DNA of 64,000 nt from Camelus dromedarius (Eukaryota), in assembly GCF_036321535.1 (NCBI RefSeq), contig NC_087438.1, positions 9,550,001 through 9,614,000 of the forward strand, in the 5' to 3' direction. Shown here in pieces: positions 11,017 through 24,018 of this stretch. The stretch's first letter is position 1, and each line of letters begins with the position of its first letter. The translations under genes were made by a program, and so were the position numbers. A model generated the notes under the pieces. It had not been told where the DNA came from. It saw only the letters and a list, made by a program, of their open reading frames with translations, and ran no database searches.

Positions 11017-12651
11017 ACTGTCTCAGGACGTTTCAGGAATAGCTTAGCATGAGTAACCTGAAGTGAGTCTAGGTGCTAGAAGAGAGATGCGGTGCCCCAG
11101 GACACTGGCAAGACAACTCCGCTCTAAAGCCATCCTCCTCATGGGCTTGTTTTGCTTGGAAAACACATTCCCTTTTCACTTTGTGTGTGTGTGTATGAGG
11201 ACTATGAAAAACTGAAGAGAACAGTATTTGAAGACAAATGACCCAATATTAATTTAAAACCAAGGGCCTTATGTGGACACATTCTCAATGTTCTCCCTAT
11301 GTTTGTAAAAAGCAGAAACGTTCTCCTAACAGGTGCACTTGCCATGTGAATGTCACCGTGGGCACACAAGGTGTTCTATCTGCAGCTGGGTCATTGAAAC
11401 AAAGTGCAGAATAATGAAAACATACGACTGTTCAGATGCATTTGGAGAAAATCTTTTGCGCAATGGTAATTGATGCTCACTGAGGACAGGGGAACACAAG
11501 GAAAGTACTGTGATTCACTCCGTATTTCTGTTGCCACCCGCATAGCTACTCCACAGTCAGAATATAAATAAGATGTGAATTTGTCTTTGGGGCAGTATAT
11601 AATTTCATGTATTTTTTTTCTGCTTTGGGTTTCCTTTTATTCCTTTTTTCACACAGCAGCTTTCATTGATTTTTTTAATGTGCCATGTAGTATACATTTA
11701 TTTCTTTCTTTTCCCTCATGGTGTGGGGGAAAATCCCTGAACAGATGTTGTGTTAAAATTGCCAAACTCATTTTGCTTTCGATGTGCCATGTTCAAAGCT
11801 ACTTTTCGGAGAACACATTGGAGAAAGGTACTCCTTGTTGTGTACTGCACGTTTAATAGCAGGAAGACAGTTGGAAATGCACTGTAACACAGCTCCTGAA
11901 AACGGCAGTGTCCTTGAGCATTCCAAGACAGGCGGAAGGAAGAACCCACCAAAGGCTTCTTAGGAAGAGACACAAAGTTTGCATTTACAAGTTTGTTAAC
12001 TATTAAGAACAAGGTTACATATTTTTAAAAGATATCCATAGTAATGAAATGCTTAGGGCAGGAAGGAATTTAACCACTCAAAGATGCAATTTGAAAAGCA
12101 TTAAAAATTAGAATCAAGTGGAAGGGGAAAATTCCAAAAATAAACAGCAAACCATTAGTAGCAAAATTTCCCCTAAAACCAGTTGGCAGTGAAATTTCAC
12201 AAGTTAGGTCCTCATCCTCTTAAACACAAAGACGCAAATTCATAAACGCACATATACCTCACATTTTCCTCTTAGCCAAGCTGACCAGGGTGATATTGGA
12301 CACTCAAAGTTGTGATAAGAACTTACTGAAGGTAAGCATTATTCTACCAGCTGGTACAGTGGTTTATATTCTGTGTTGTGGAAAGTAGGAGATTGAAATG
12401 GAGCCTTATTGAAACATAGCCTACCCTTAAAAGGAGGCATAGCCAGCCTGGCCATTTTTAACTGGGAAGATGCTGACATGATGGACAGAAAGGTGAGACT
12501 TAGGGCCAGATTCAGGGTGTCTGCAGGTTTTATAAGGAAACTTATTATCCACGTGAACAAAAGACATTGGAATAAAAGGAGATGATTATGGAATGCTTTT
12601 GAGAGAGAACTGATGGTATTCCAAAAGTGATGAAATGGTATAAATGTGCAC

Positions 12652-13026
12652 TGCGTTCATTTGCTAAGTCTCCATAACGCAGTACTGGATGGCTTAAACA
12701 ATAGAAATCTGTTTCCTCACAGCCCGCTAGTCTCAAGTACAAAGTTGAGGTGTCAGCAAGGTTGGTTTCATTTTGAGGTCTCTCTCCTTGGCTTGTAGAT
12801 GGTCACCTTTTCCCTGTGTCTTCACATGATCTACCTCCTGTGCTATATCTGTGTCCTAATCTCCTCTTCCTATAAGAACGTTAATCATATCGTGCTAAGA
12901 CTCACCCCAAGAATCTCATTAACGTTACTTACCTCTTTAAAGACATCATCTCATCAGTCACTTTCTAAGGTTCTAGGGGTTAGAGCTTCAACACAGGAAT
13001 TTTGAGACACAATTCAGCCTATAACA
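12652..13026 (-). mobile_element. Full-length MLT1B-like solo LTR with 5-bp TSD TGCAC
   Basis: TG..CA termini; ggatggcttaaacaatagaaatctgtttcctcacag..caattcagcctataaca. TGCAC sits at 12647-12651 and 13027-13031. Confidence 0.88.
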
Positions 13027-16000
13027 TGCACCAAATGAATTGACCTAACACTAAACACATGTTAGTGTCCAGAACTGAGCTACGCATGGTTCTTGTCTCC
13101 AAGGAGCATACAAAAAGTGTGACATGTAATGCCTATAAATCCCATTATAAAGCAATTAAAACATCCTTCAGTCTAGAGCACTAGAATGTAAATGCTAAAG
13201 GAATACAAATGATTGAATAACCAAGTTAATGAAATCAAGGAAGACACAAAGAGCATGTGACATTTGATCTGTGACTTGAACAAATGAGCAACAACTCAGT
13301 AGAAACAGAAGAATTATGAAGACTACTTCAGAGGGGTCTATGGCAGCCTGGCAGAGGCACAGACATTTCAGAGGGACTTCATCAAGGCTTAAGACATCTT
13401 CAAGTACAAGCAATGAATTAGTACAAAGGTTGTTTAAAATGCAACCTGTACGAGCTATGACACACTCCAGAAAACCAAGGGAAATATCATGTATAAAATT
13501 CAACTTTAAGGTTGGGTCTGCATGAATTGTTCTGTCAAGCTATTGCTCCCAAACGTGGGGTCTTAAAACAGTATTCAATATATGACTCCAGGAATTCCTG
13601 ATCTCCCAGGAATTTGGGACAGAGATGTATTTAAAACAGAATTAAGATAAAATTAACCCTGTCGCACATGTATGTGGAGGTGGTTTTATGTACACAATAG
13701 ACTTATCACATTTAGATGTGGTTTAGGAAGTCTTGAGACATTTCTGTTCACATGCGTTGTAGAAAACTTAAGATCTGACTGCCTCATTAGCAGGTAAGAT
13801 AATCCTTTTAGTAAGAATGGTGAATACAACCATGTGATGTGACTATGTAAATTTTGTAAAATCATCAACTACGGACACACTCATCTTTCTGGGTTAATCC
13901 ATAACGACTCAGTTGACTTCTCTGCCCAAGGTCAATCACACAGTCCTCGGAAAGCTACTGATGCAGCTTAAATGGAATTCGGAGTTGCTAAACAGAATAG
14001 GCTTCATGTTGAATTGTGATTTACATCTGATTCCTGCCTTAACTGTGCTTGTTCATTCACACATTCTAGCTCAATCTCTCAAATGCCAGTCTTTATTTGT
14101 AGCACACCTTGTGTCATAACACCCTGAAAACCAACAACAGAAAACACCTGGTTACTAATTGTAGACAAGGAGCTACCTAATGATCTGTGTATTCTGAGAC
14201 AATTCCTCGTTATGTGCTATTCCTGTGTCCATTCAATTGATAGACAGTAAAAAACTAGAAAGGTCCTCTCACCAGGGCTCTGTGAGGTGACAAGTAATAG
14301 GTTTAGGATAATTGAAACCATCCTGTCCACGAAGATTCAAGCACAACAAACCACTAAGGATATATAGTAGATTCTCATATTAGTTTCCAGGTTCTCTTTT
14401 CAAAAAAAAAAAAAGAGTACTGTGGCTAGGGAAAAAAGTCCCGAGGCTGAGTGTCTTCTGTTTTCCTGGTCCCAAGCCATCTAAGTGGGATGCGAGCTTC
14501 TTGCTTCAGGACCATTTCCTGAAGCCTTAGATTTTGAAAATGCACTTGCTTAAGATACACGCTTTTGATTATTGGGTGTTTATAAGTTGACTTCTTCAGA
14601 ACAACTTGCTTTCCCTTCATAAACTCAGCAAACTAACACAAGTGACAGTGTGATACTGTGTGCTGTTTCTCTCACCCAGCCTGCTGGATCTGGGTCTCCT
14701 AGACCTGGCAACAAAGATAAGCTAAGAGTAAGACAGAGTTGTGGCAACGAGGGGTGAAGGATGACTGTTGCTGAAAACCTTCTTTAAGATTCTGTCATTG
14801 TCTATATGCCCCATTAAACATGTCACAGGAAGGATCATACCACGACTTTAGTGTTTAAATGTCTTGCCCAAGGGAAGGGTCTATCCAAGCACTAAGGCTT
14901 AGTATAGATTATATTCAGTGAGCATAGACTGATTTTCTTTAAATTTTGTTATGTTAGGATGCCTTTCATAAACAGAGGCGTTCCAGATTGTTTTTGTGTT
15001 AGTAGAAAATCCCACCATCACCTAGTGAGTCTCTGATTGTTTTGTCCTATAACACAGGACATTTTAAAATGCTAACAATGTTAACAGATATTTTAAATGT
15101 GATATAAATATTGTACACACATCTATATGAACACAGATAATTATTATGTTTTTAAACAGTAATGACAGTTGTTTTATTGATCAGAAAATTAATGCTATCT
15201 TGCTAATTAACCAAATTCCAGAAACATGTGGCTTTAATTTTTTTTTAATTCACAATGTTACTGCAAATAGAGATTAGTGCCATTTAACTATTAAGTAGTC
15301 AAATCAACTATTTGAGAACATGGAATAACAAATGTAATAACATCCATATTACCTATGTAAATGGTTTTTTGATTTGTGCTATTATCAATTTTTGGCACCC
15401 ATTATTCTAAAACTGCATTTTCACTTAAAAGAAGAAAAATGTGCAAATGTGTAAGCTGAATTAAAGAATGATGTGATGGGAGAGTTTCTTGTTGCTAGGG
15501 AACCAGATCCTTTTATGCCTATTTAAATGGCCCTTTCCTTGGTGAAGACTGGATTTGTGTCATTTAGTAAAAAGTAGAAGTTGAAATTAGAATAAATAAA
15601 TATATATGTACCAAATAAACAGTGCAAAGTTGTACTTACAAACTATGAGCCTTTATATATTCAGTCAGCACATTGATTAAGTTATCTTTAAATTATCATT
15701 CAAAAATAAAGATAACACTAGTGGGCATAGTAGATAATGCTAGTGGACAAAGATCACAATACTGAGACAAAGCATTACTATGTTTTATTTTATACCAAAA
15801 ATGTGTGAAATTTGTTTTTTCAGTTGGCAAGTATTTCTGAGTACCTATTGTGTATAGGCACAGAACCGTGTGAAATTCATGATTAAAACTGCATTTTACA
15901 GGATCTTCTAACATCAGCTACTGACTATCAAATAAACAGCATAGAAGAATCCAGGGCCATAAAGTCATCGTGAGCGTCCCCCCTAAAGCACAGTGAGCTA

Positions 16001-16554
16001 CTGCCATCCCCATTTTACAGGCAGGAATGCAGACGGTCAGAGGGTCTAAATACCCTAACCAAGGGTCCTTCTAAGTATTTTGTGGGTGGCAGATATTTTT
16101 CCAACTAGACTGTGTAACTTTTGTTACACAGAATACGTATGAAGAATATGTATGAAGAATGACTTACACCGAAAAGAAAAAAAACAATAAAAGACGTCAC
16201 AATAATATTCAACAATTTGTTGCTGTTATAATTATGACTTATAAGCTTTGACTGTATCTTATCCGATGATTGGATCCCAGATTCTGTTTTGTCCGTTCAA
16301 GACTGAATCTAGTCCTTATCTGTTGCTTCCTCTCTTCCCTTAGCTCCCTTCACATGTCCTATCCACTTTGTCTAGCCCATCCTATTCAATCTGAATTCAT
16401 AACTAATACTTATCATCATTTGCTATGTTTTTATTCTTCATCATTCTATTTATTAAAATAAATTGGAAGTAGAGTTTCACATTACCTAGGTCTGCTGTCC
16501 AAGGTTGCAAGCAGTAAGAAATACCCTTCTAGGGCTCTCTCCCTTTTTGCCTAA

Positions 16555-16636
16555 TTTTTTTTTTTAATTATTGAAAAATAGTCAGTTTACAATGTTTTGT
16601 CAGTTTCTGGGTACAGCACAATAGTTCAGTCATACT
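16555..16636 (-). mobile_element. Heavily 5'-truncated lineage-specific (camelid-like) L1 tail
   Basis: Poly-T followed by tagtcagtttacaatgttttgtcagtttctgggtacagcacaatagttcagtcat, the reverse complement of the tail type at 38770-38840. Confidence 0.7.
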
Positions 16637-16944
16637 TTCTCAGGGTGATCCGTCTCCCACCATAAAATATTCCCCAAGCCAGACAAGGACTTCATTTGCA
16701 TTCTTCACCTGAGATAAACGTTTACATTGATAATTTGGGTTTTCTTGTGAAGAAAAAGCTTCACATAATTTGAGTATTACTATTTTTGTTAAACTCTATT
16801 CAAATGAATTTTTACAATTATCAAATTAGATTTGGAGGAAGAAAAAGTAATGATCCATTTAGAACAGAGATGTTTGGACCTGTATGAATGACTTAAGTTT
16901 TGGTTCAAACGGGCCCAAGGTTCTTGCATGTTAGATCTCTAGAG

Positions 16945-17062
16945 CTTATTTACTAATTATCACTACAATGGCAATCACATTACAATATATAAATGTATCC
17001 AATTAACTCACTCCTTAAATTTGCACAATGTTATATGTCAAATATATGTCAATTAAAAACAA
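16945..17062 (+). mobile_element. L1 extreme 3' end
   Basis: atggcaatcacattacaatatataaatgtatcc..ccttaaatttgcacaatgttatatgtcaaatatatgtcaattaaaaa. Confidence 0.7.
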
Positions 17063-18821
17063 TAATTTTTTAAAGTTCTTTGTGGGACAAATTATTTCTA
17101 TCTGAGAAAAAAAGCAAATAATGGGAAAAAGAAAAGAAAGGAAAGTTATAGGAAAGAAAACCAGACATAGATCATTCATACAGGGAAAAAATTGGCTTGA
17201 TGTGGTGGAATTATTTTTCCCTTTTTTGTTGTGTGACTTGGCAAGAATAGAAGGAGTTGTGAACAAGGGACTTGAAGGAAAAAAAGAGAAACCTTTGTAA
17301 GAATAACTTAGAAATAATAATCAGGGAATTTTCATGTGTTTTCTACATGAGTGGAAGGATTTGGTACACTAAAATATCATTCCGATATACAGAAGGATTT
17401 GACCAGAAATATAAAAAGTCAAGGTGAGCTGATGCCTTCAAACTGGGGAGGAAAATGAAGAAAATTAAATTATATGAAGCAGCAGTTAATTAAAATATAA
17501 TTTTCAATACTGGCACATTTTAAACATGTTTGCCTTTCTGTATGATTTTTGTAACTGCTTCATTTTTCTTATAACTGCAGTATTCTAATACTATGCTCCT
17601 TTCTTAAAGAATTATAAAACATTTGTCCAAGTAATAATTAAGCAGTTAATTATTATATTTCAGTTAGCTGCCATGGGAGTGTAGTTGCTGTACCAGAATA
17701 TGGTAAAAAAAAAATGTCTTGTCCAACCTATGACAGCAAACCTTAATTACGGAGCAATCAGAGTGGCAGAAACTGCCTCAAGGGTACAAATTATTCAAAT
17801 ACAAGACGAGGAAGAAAAAACAAACATTACGCAGATGAGGTTCTGTTCCAAAGCTGAAAATGTAGATGGTATAGAAAAACCAGTGTGCAGTACATAAAGG
17901 CAGCAGAAGTACTGGGCATTTCTGGTCCCTAATGACATCCTGTTGCTGCACGTGGAGCATCCAACCTCTCAGAGATAAGGTGTCAAGGTCAAGTTATGAC
18001 AGATGTATTTCTACAGCTATTAACACCTAGTAAATGTTCAATGAGATTTGAATTACTTGTGGGAGATATTTTCTCATGGGATGAAATGCTATTGGTTATG
18101 AACCAACAATTACTTTACACCTAAATTACAATTAGTAGTAATAACAATCCAAGTATAATTTTTCTTAATTTACAGAAGTAGAAAACTTCCCTAGGTTGTT
18201 GTATAACTAAGGAAGTAGCCATGTTCCTAGAGATGAAGATCAAGTGTTCACTCTTTCCCCAAGGGACTGATATGGTGAAGTCTGGTAAACTCCTTCAGGT
18301 CCCATATTAAGCAACACCTCGCTGTAATTTCATCTTGTGGTATCACTGCTAAGCATTAATTAGAATACTCTATATTTTCAAGAACCTCCCATCCATCCAC
18401 CCAGTACTCTACATCCCCCTGATCCCTTGATCCGTGTTTCTACTGGAATATCTGCACCTTTAGTAGAGCATTTCAGTTCTGGGAGCTCATTTAACTTCTC
18501 TGGGAAATAGTATGGTTACTAGTGGAGGGTATAATTCTGGGTCTGAGGAAGTGCGCCAAGCTGTCTGCCATTGTTCCTTCAACTCTCCATTCTGAAGCAT
18601 GTAAATGTTTTAGAATGTTTAGTCTCAACTGAGATTAATTTCTGGTGTAGTAACCTGAAACACTGACGAAACAGTTATTGCTTTCGAGACTCATAAGAAT
18701 GTATTGTTTTTTCCGTTAGTCTGAAAAATAAGTTACTTTGGACAGAAAAACTTTGCCATTTGGTGGGATTCTTGAGTTGTTAGCAGCATCCTCAGCAATT
18801 CATTAGTGTCTTCAAGAAAAG

Positions 18822-19374
18822 TGTCAGGGAGGAAGAAATTTCTCTCTGCCCTTTTGGGTTATTCTGGCTGGTCTAAGAATTAAATTGAAATGAGACAGAT
18901 TAACAGGAGAAAATCAAACAAAACTTTAATAACATGTATATAGGGGAAGACAGAGTAACTCACCAAAAGGGTCAAAAACCTCATGGTAAATATAATCTTC
19001 ACCTAAAAAAAAAACAAAAAAAGATGTTGAGGGTAGTGGTTTGGGACTTCAATGGGAAGGAAGGCAATTCACACGGAAATGAAAATGTTTACCAAATGTT
19101 TGGTAAACAAATGTCTTTGAGCCATGCAGAGACAGTGGGGCACAGAGTTTAGCCCTTCTGAGTTTCCCCCAACACACCTAGCTCATATTCTTTGCAGACA
19201 TCTCTGGTGATAGCTGTATTCTGGAAATAGGCCCTTCTCTAACTAAATTCTTTTATACAGTTAAGGGAAAGGTCAAAGTTTCTTCCTGAGTCCTTTGGGT
19301 CTTGATTGTTTTCAGCTTGAAGTAATCTGCATGCTAAAGGGATGTTTTGGGGTGGCAAATTTTGTTCCCCTACA
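18822..19374 (-). mobile_element. ERV1-class solo LTR
   Basis: TGT..ACA termini, ~550 bp. gacagattaacaggagaaaa and gttttggggtggcaaattttg are typical of antisense MER4-group-like LTRs. Flanks are aaag/aaaa. Confidence 0.75.
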
Positions 19375-20481
19375 AAAATAAATACTATTTCGCTCCTGAA
19401 ATTTTACCAGTAATTTTACTACTAGTGGAAAGAGAAGAAGTCTAGTCATACAGACTGGTGTACTATCCCTTCTTTTTTTAATTTCCTACCTGATCAACAT
19501 TAAGAAAGTTGCCTAACATCTCTAAAACTCAGATTCAGCTTCTGTAAGATGATTGCCTCACAGGATTACATGATGGAAGATATATGAGTCTAGTACAGGA
19601 CTGCCATATCCTTTTTATACATACATCTATAGTTAATAGTTAATGTATTATTGAATCTTGTTGGCTGACCTTATTATTTCAAATAGATGGAAAATTCATA
19701 GAGAATAATCAATGTCTTAAAACTCTTTACTATCTCGTGGGACATTAGGATACTGCTGAGTAAAATGTAGGCACTGATAAACTCCCAGTAATTAGGAGGT
19801 CCAAACAGAATTCAGCATAATAACTCAGAGTCTCCCTGATCACTCATGCATACCACTTACTTCTACTACATCCCTCCTGTGGACTTTGGGAAGTGACTCA
19901 AAGATGTTACTAGGCTATTCATATGGCAGAGAATTTATAAGGGAAACTTGGAAAGGGGAAATTTGGAGAGTTGCCATGATCAACAGTCTAGACTAACACT
20001 GTCAGTTCCTAGAAGAATAATCAAAAGAAAGCAGGTGTTTAAAGGCTTCCAAGAGCTTAAGAAGGGTGGTGGAAGGGCACCCCCAGATTAGTTTTCAAGT
20101 ATCGTATTAATGTGTAACCTCAACCCTGATACAAGAGGCTCTGGGAGCACAAAACGACAGTCTTTTCCTTCAGAAACTGTTTTTTTTTTTTTTCCCCTTA
20201 TAAATCATATCCCCCAACTATCCTTATATAAGCTGGCAATATTAATCCCACTCTGAAAGTCAATATTAATGGTACAGTATTTCAAAACAAATGAAGAATC
20301 TGAGTTACACTGAGGTTACTTTTCTTCTTCAAGTTCACTGAAATGTTGAGACTAGAACCCAAATGGTTTTAGCTTTCTGAGTCAAATTTGTCTTCATCAG
20401 TTTGAATATAAGCTATTAGTTTGGATGACATTAGTACCAGAAAAACAACTGCAAGATTTACAAATATTCTTAAAAATCTGA

Positions 20482-20590
20482 ATATATACATACATATACA
20501 CCCACAAATAGACACCTATATATACATACATACATACACATGTACACACACGTACATATACATGTAGGTACACAAATGCACAAATATATG
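20482..20590. repeat. Imperfect (TACA/CA)n microsatellite
   Basis: atatatacatacatatacacc..tatacatacatacatacacatgtacacacacg. Confidence 0.8.
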
Positions 20591-22979
20591 ATTGGAGGGA
20601 ATCAATTGTGCGTTTCCATAGTAAATATAATAACCAGATACAGGAAAGTAATAGACACTCTAAATCATATGGTGTCAGTATTCATTAGTGTTTAAGAAAA
20701 TACTCCTATCCTAATGAGTTATTTTATAGCAAATATACTCCTCTGGTTTAATTTTTGCATATTTGCTTCAAAATATAAGTTTAAAAAAGAAAAAATTATC
20801 AAGTAGCATACAAAACGTTTTTCATACTAAAACACAAAAGAGTAAACATGTGTTTTAAATTTATCAGCTGTTTTTCAAAAATGTTTTATTTTATTTCAGA
20901 ATCAATCCAATTTATAGCAAACCATCCTTAGAAAAATTTATGAATACAACAAATTTTACTTTATATATAGGTCATTGTTATTTGATATATTTAAAATCAC
21001 CTTTTAACCATGCTTTTTTAAATGGAAAAAACTCATAAAGTGCATTAATCATAAGTCAACTGTAAATTGTCATTTCCCTTTGCATGTCACAATCCCAACA
21101 TTCCTCAGGAGTATCTGACACAAATAGAAGGAGAAGCTTATCTCTCCTCTGCAGCTGAGTGACCACCACCTGCCCACAGCACCACCATGTCTTTAAGGGA
21201 CTCAAGTTCATGTATGTATATAATCACCAAGTCTCCTGGCTTAATGCATTCCTGAAATTGGTGTAAGCCACGATTTATTGTGACCATGAAAAGCTAGTTA
21301 ACTTCTCTGAAAAATTTCCAGAGGAGTTTTGGGGAAGGAAGTAAAGGGCAAAGCGGATTACTTATTCCCCAAACTTCCCTCAAACTCTTCAAAATTCATT
21401 GTTCCTAACTGAGGATGGAGCCAATGTCTTCAGAAAACCATTTGCTCTCTGATTCAGGGAACATCAAGAGAAACTTTCTGTTAACAGATGCTCTGCTGTT
21501 ATAAATTCATTACAAAGATAGCTAAAACCCTGAAAAAAAAAATTGTAGGAAAACTGCTAGCTTCTAAGAAGACACATGAAGCCGAAAGAAGCTCTTCATT
21601 TGACTGGAAAAATTCCAAACACCAAGAGACATTCATTCTGATGAGCTGTCATGAGGTGTTACGAGGCAGAGAGATGTGTGCGCTGCCAAAATTTGCCCTT
21701 CCTCCGTACTTCTCACTCTTTCTCCAGCTTGTGCTGATGGAAATAGGAGTTCTCTCTTTTAGGACAGTTGTTTTTCACCTTGCTTTGGTTTAAAAAAAAT
21801 ACTCACCCCTGGGGAAAAAACAGCGTATCTCACAAACCATAACTCAGTTATAGAAATCTCAAACTTCTGCTCTATACTTTTTGCATAAAATTTACTTCTG
21901 CATTCTCCTTTTATGCCTTGAACCATGAATTTTATAGCTGCCCTTTTCTCATTTCCTACGTAAGAAATCAGACTATGTATTAAGATCCCAATGGAACTGA
22001 ACTACATTCTTTGTGATTAAGTCCCGGAATTGCCTTGAATTTTGCCCATATCATTCTCACTCTTGGCTCTTTGAGCCACTCAGCAACATTTGTTAAGCAC
22101 TTAAGACGTGTAAAGGAGTCAGGGGAGAGCTTGCACCTAGAGAAAGGCCAGTTCTGCAGACCACCATTGAACTAAATCCAAGAGCATGAAGGGCATCCTT
22201 GTGCAGAGCTCCAATGGGAGATCAGAATTCTTCCTGCTTCTGTCAAATTTCCTCTGCATCCCTCCCTCCCTCCACCTTCACAACATCTCCATCACTCTGT
22301 ACCTTGGATCAACTGGATTGATCTAATTATGTGCTTTATCCCTCTTTACCTCAGTCACCACAGAAGACCCAGGTCTCCAAGGTCATTCTTCACCCCTCAA
22401 AGGTCAACCCATATCTGGCTTCATAAGCTGCCGTTTCCATCTCCCACCCTCCGTCTTCTGAATTCTTTTCATTCATTGTGCCCTGAGACACTCAATCAAT
22501 TACCAGCCCTCTCCCTTAACCTCAGCATCTTCCCCCAAATGTCCTCTTCACATTCTTAATCTGACTGAGCCCCGGCCCCCCTGAGGGCACTGATTCCCTT
22601 CTAGCCTCTGAGCAGTAGCTGTTTACCTCCCACTCTTTGTGTACTATGGGGTCTGGAGCTGCAGTGAGTGTCCCTTTTGTTCCTCATCATTTCCAGAACT
22701 TTATCTGTCCTTTGTCCATCAAAACTCCCTGCATTAGGTCATTTCATCAGATGTTTTACCTTCCTGTTGTAGTCATCTCCCATGCTCATAGGGCTCCACC
22801 TCCCTTTCTTGCTAGAGGAGTTCAGCTTCTGGCTACTGTCACTCTTTCCAATGCTACTCTATCATAATTAAAACCCACATTGATCATCCATCCATTCTCT
22901 CAATTCCTTGGATTCCACTCCTCTAAAGTTATTCTCTTTAACTCCACCTTGTCCATTTATTCCCATGATCATATCTTAA

Positions 22980-24018
22980 TGAACTAAATAAATGTTTTTG
23001 ACCACCACCACCACCACTCTGCCCTCTGCCCCCTACCGAATTCATATGCTAAAGCCTTAACCTCTAAAGTGATGGTATTGTAATTAAGCAGGACCCTGTA
23101 GAGCCTTCCTGGGGCAGACCTCCCCCATCCACCCCACCTGCCATGTTCTCTGCCTGCCTGTTTGTAGAAGAACTTTGGACTCCTAGGCCTTCTCCAAGTT
23201 CCAAAGAATAAATTTAATCAGAGAAATGTGAAAATTCAGAAATAAAAGAGAATAGTCAAGCAAGACAAAATAACAGCTTAGTCATTAAACAAAGTCAAGG
23301 ACTTTTAATTCCTCCTCAAGGGCTATGGATAATATTTTGAGCCATATCCTTTGAACTTTTTTGCAGATACTGAAACCCCAACACCACATGGAAGAAGTTA
23401 CCTATGTGCTGACCACCAGCACGTAGACCCCAGACCATTGGAATGAGAAGGTTGATGATATGACTTCTGGTTACCTTACCACCAACCAATCAAAAGAATG
23501 CCCATGAGCTGATCATACATCCTGCAACCCTCTCCACATCCTGATTTTAAAACATTTCTCTGAAAGTCATTGGGGAGTTTGGGTCTTCTGAGCACTGCCT
23601 GCCTGGACTCCTTACTTGGTGTCTGCAATAAATGCTGCACTTTCCTTCACCACAGCCCAGTGTCAGGCTTTACCGTGTGCAGGGGAGTGGACCCAAGTTT
23701 GGTTCAGTAACACTATTGGAGTTGGGGCCTTTGAAAGATAATTAGGTTTAGATGAATTCATGAGAGTAGGGCTTCATGATGAGATTAGTGTCCTTAGAAG
23801 AAGAGGAAAGATCAGAGCTCTCCCTCTCTCTCCACCATGTGAGGACACAGCAAGAAGGCAGGCTGTTTGCAAGCCAGGAAGAGAGATCTCAGCAGGAACA
23901 GACTTCAGGCACCCTCATCTTGGACTTTCCAGGCTACAGAACTATGAGAAGTAAATGTTTATTGTTTAAGCCACCTAGTCTGTGTTTTTTCTTATGGAAG
24001 CTCAAGCTGATTAAGACA
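22980..24018 (+). mobile_element. MLT1A-like LTR nested in L2 and split by an ERV1 LTR
   Basis: aattcatatgctaaagccttaacctctaaagtgatggtat | tggagttggggcctttgaaagataattagg..ccatgtgaggacacagcaagaagg..gattaagaca. Confidence 0.85.
23079..23712 (+). mobile_element. ERV1-class solo LTR (634 bp) inserted in MLT1A
   Basis: TGTAA..TAACA termini, AATAAA near 23627, and 4-bp flanks gtat/ctat (one mismatch). It interrupts contiguous MLT1A sequence. Confidence 0.85.
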
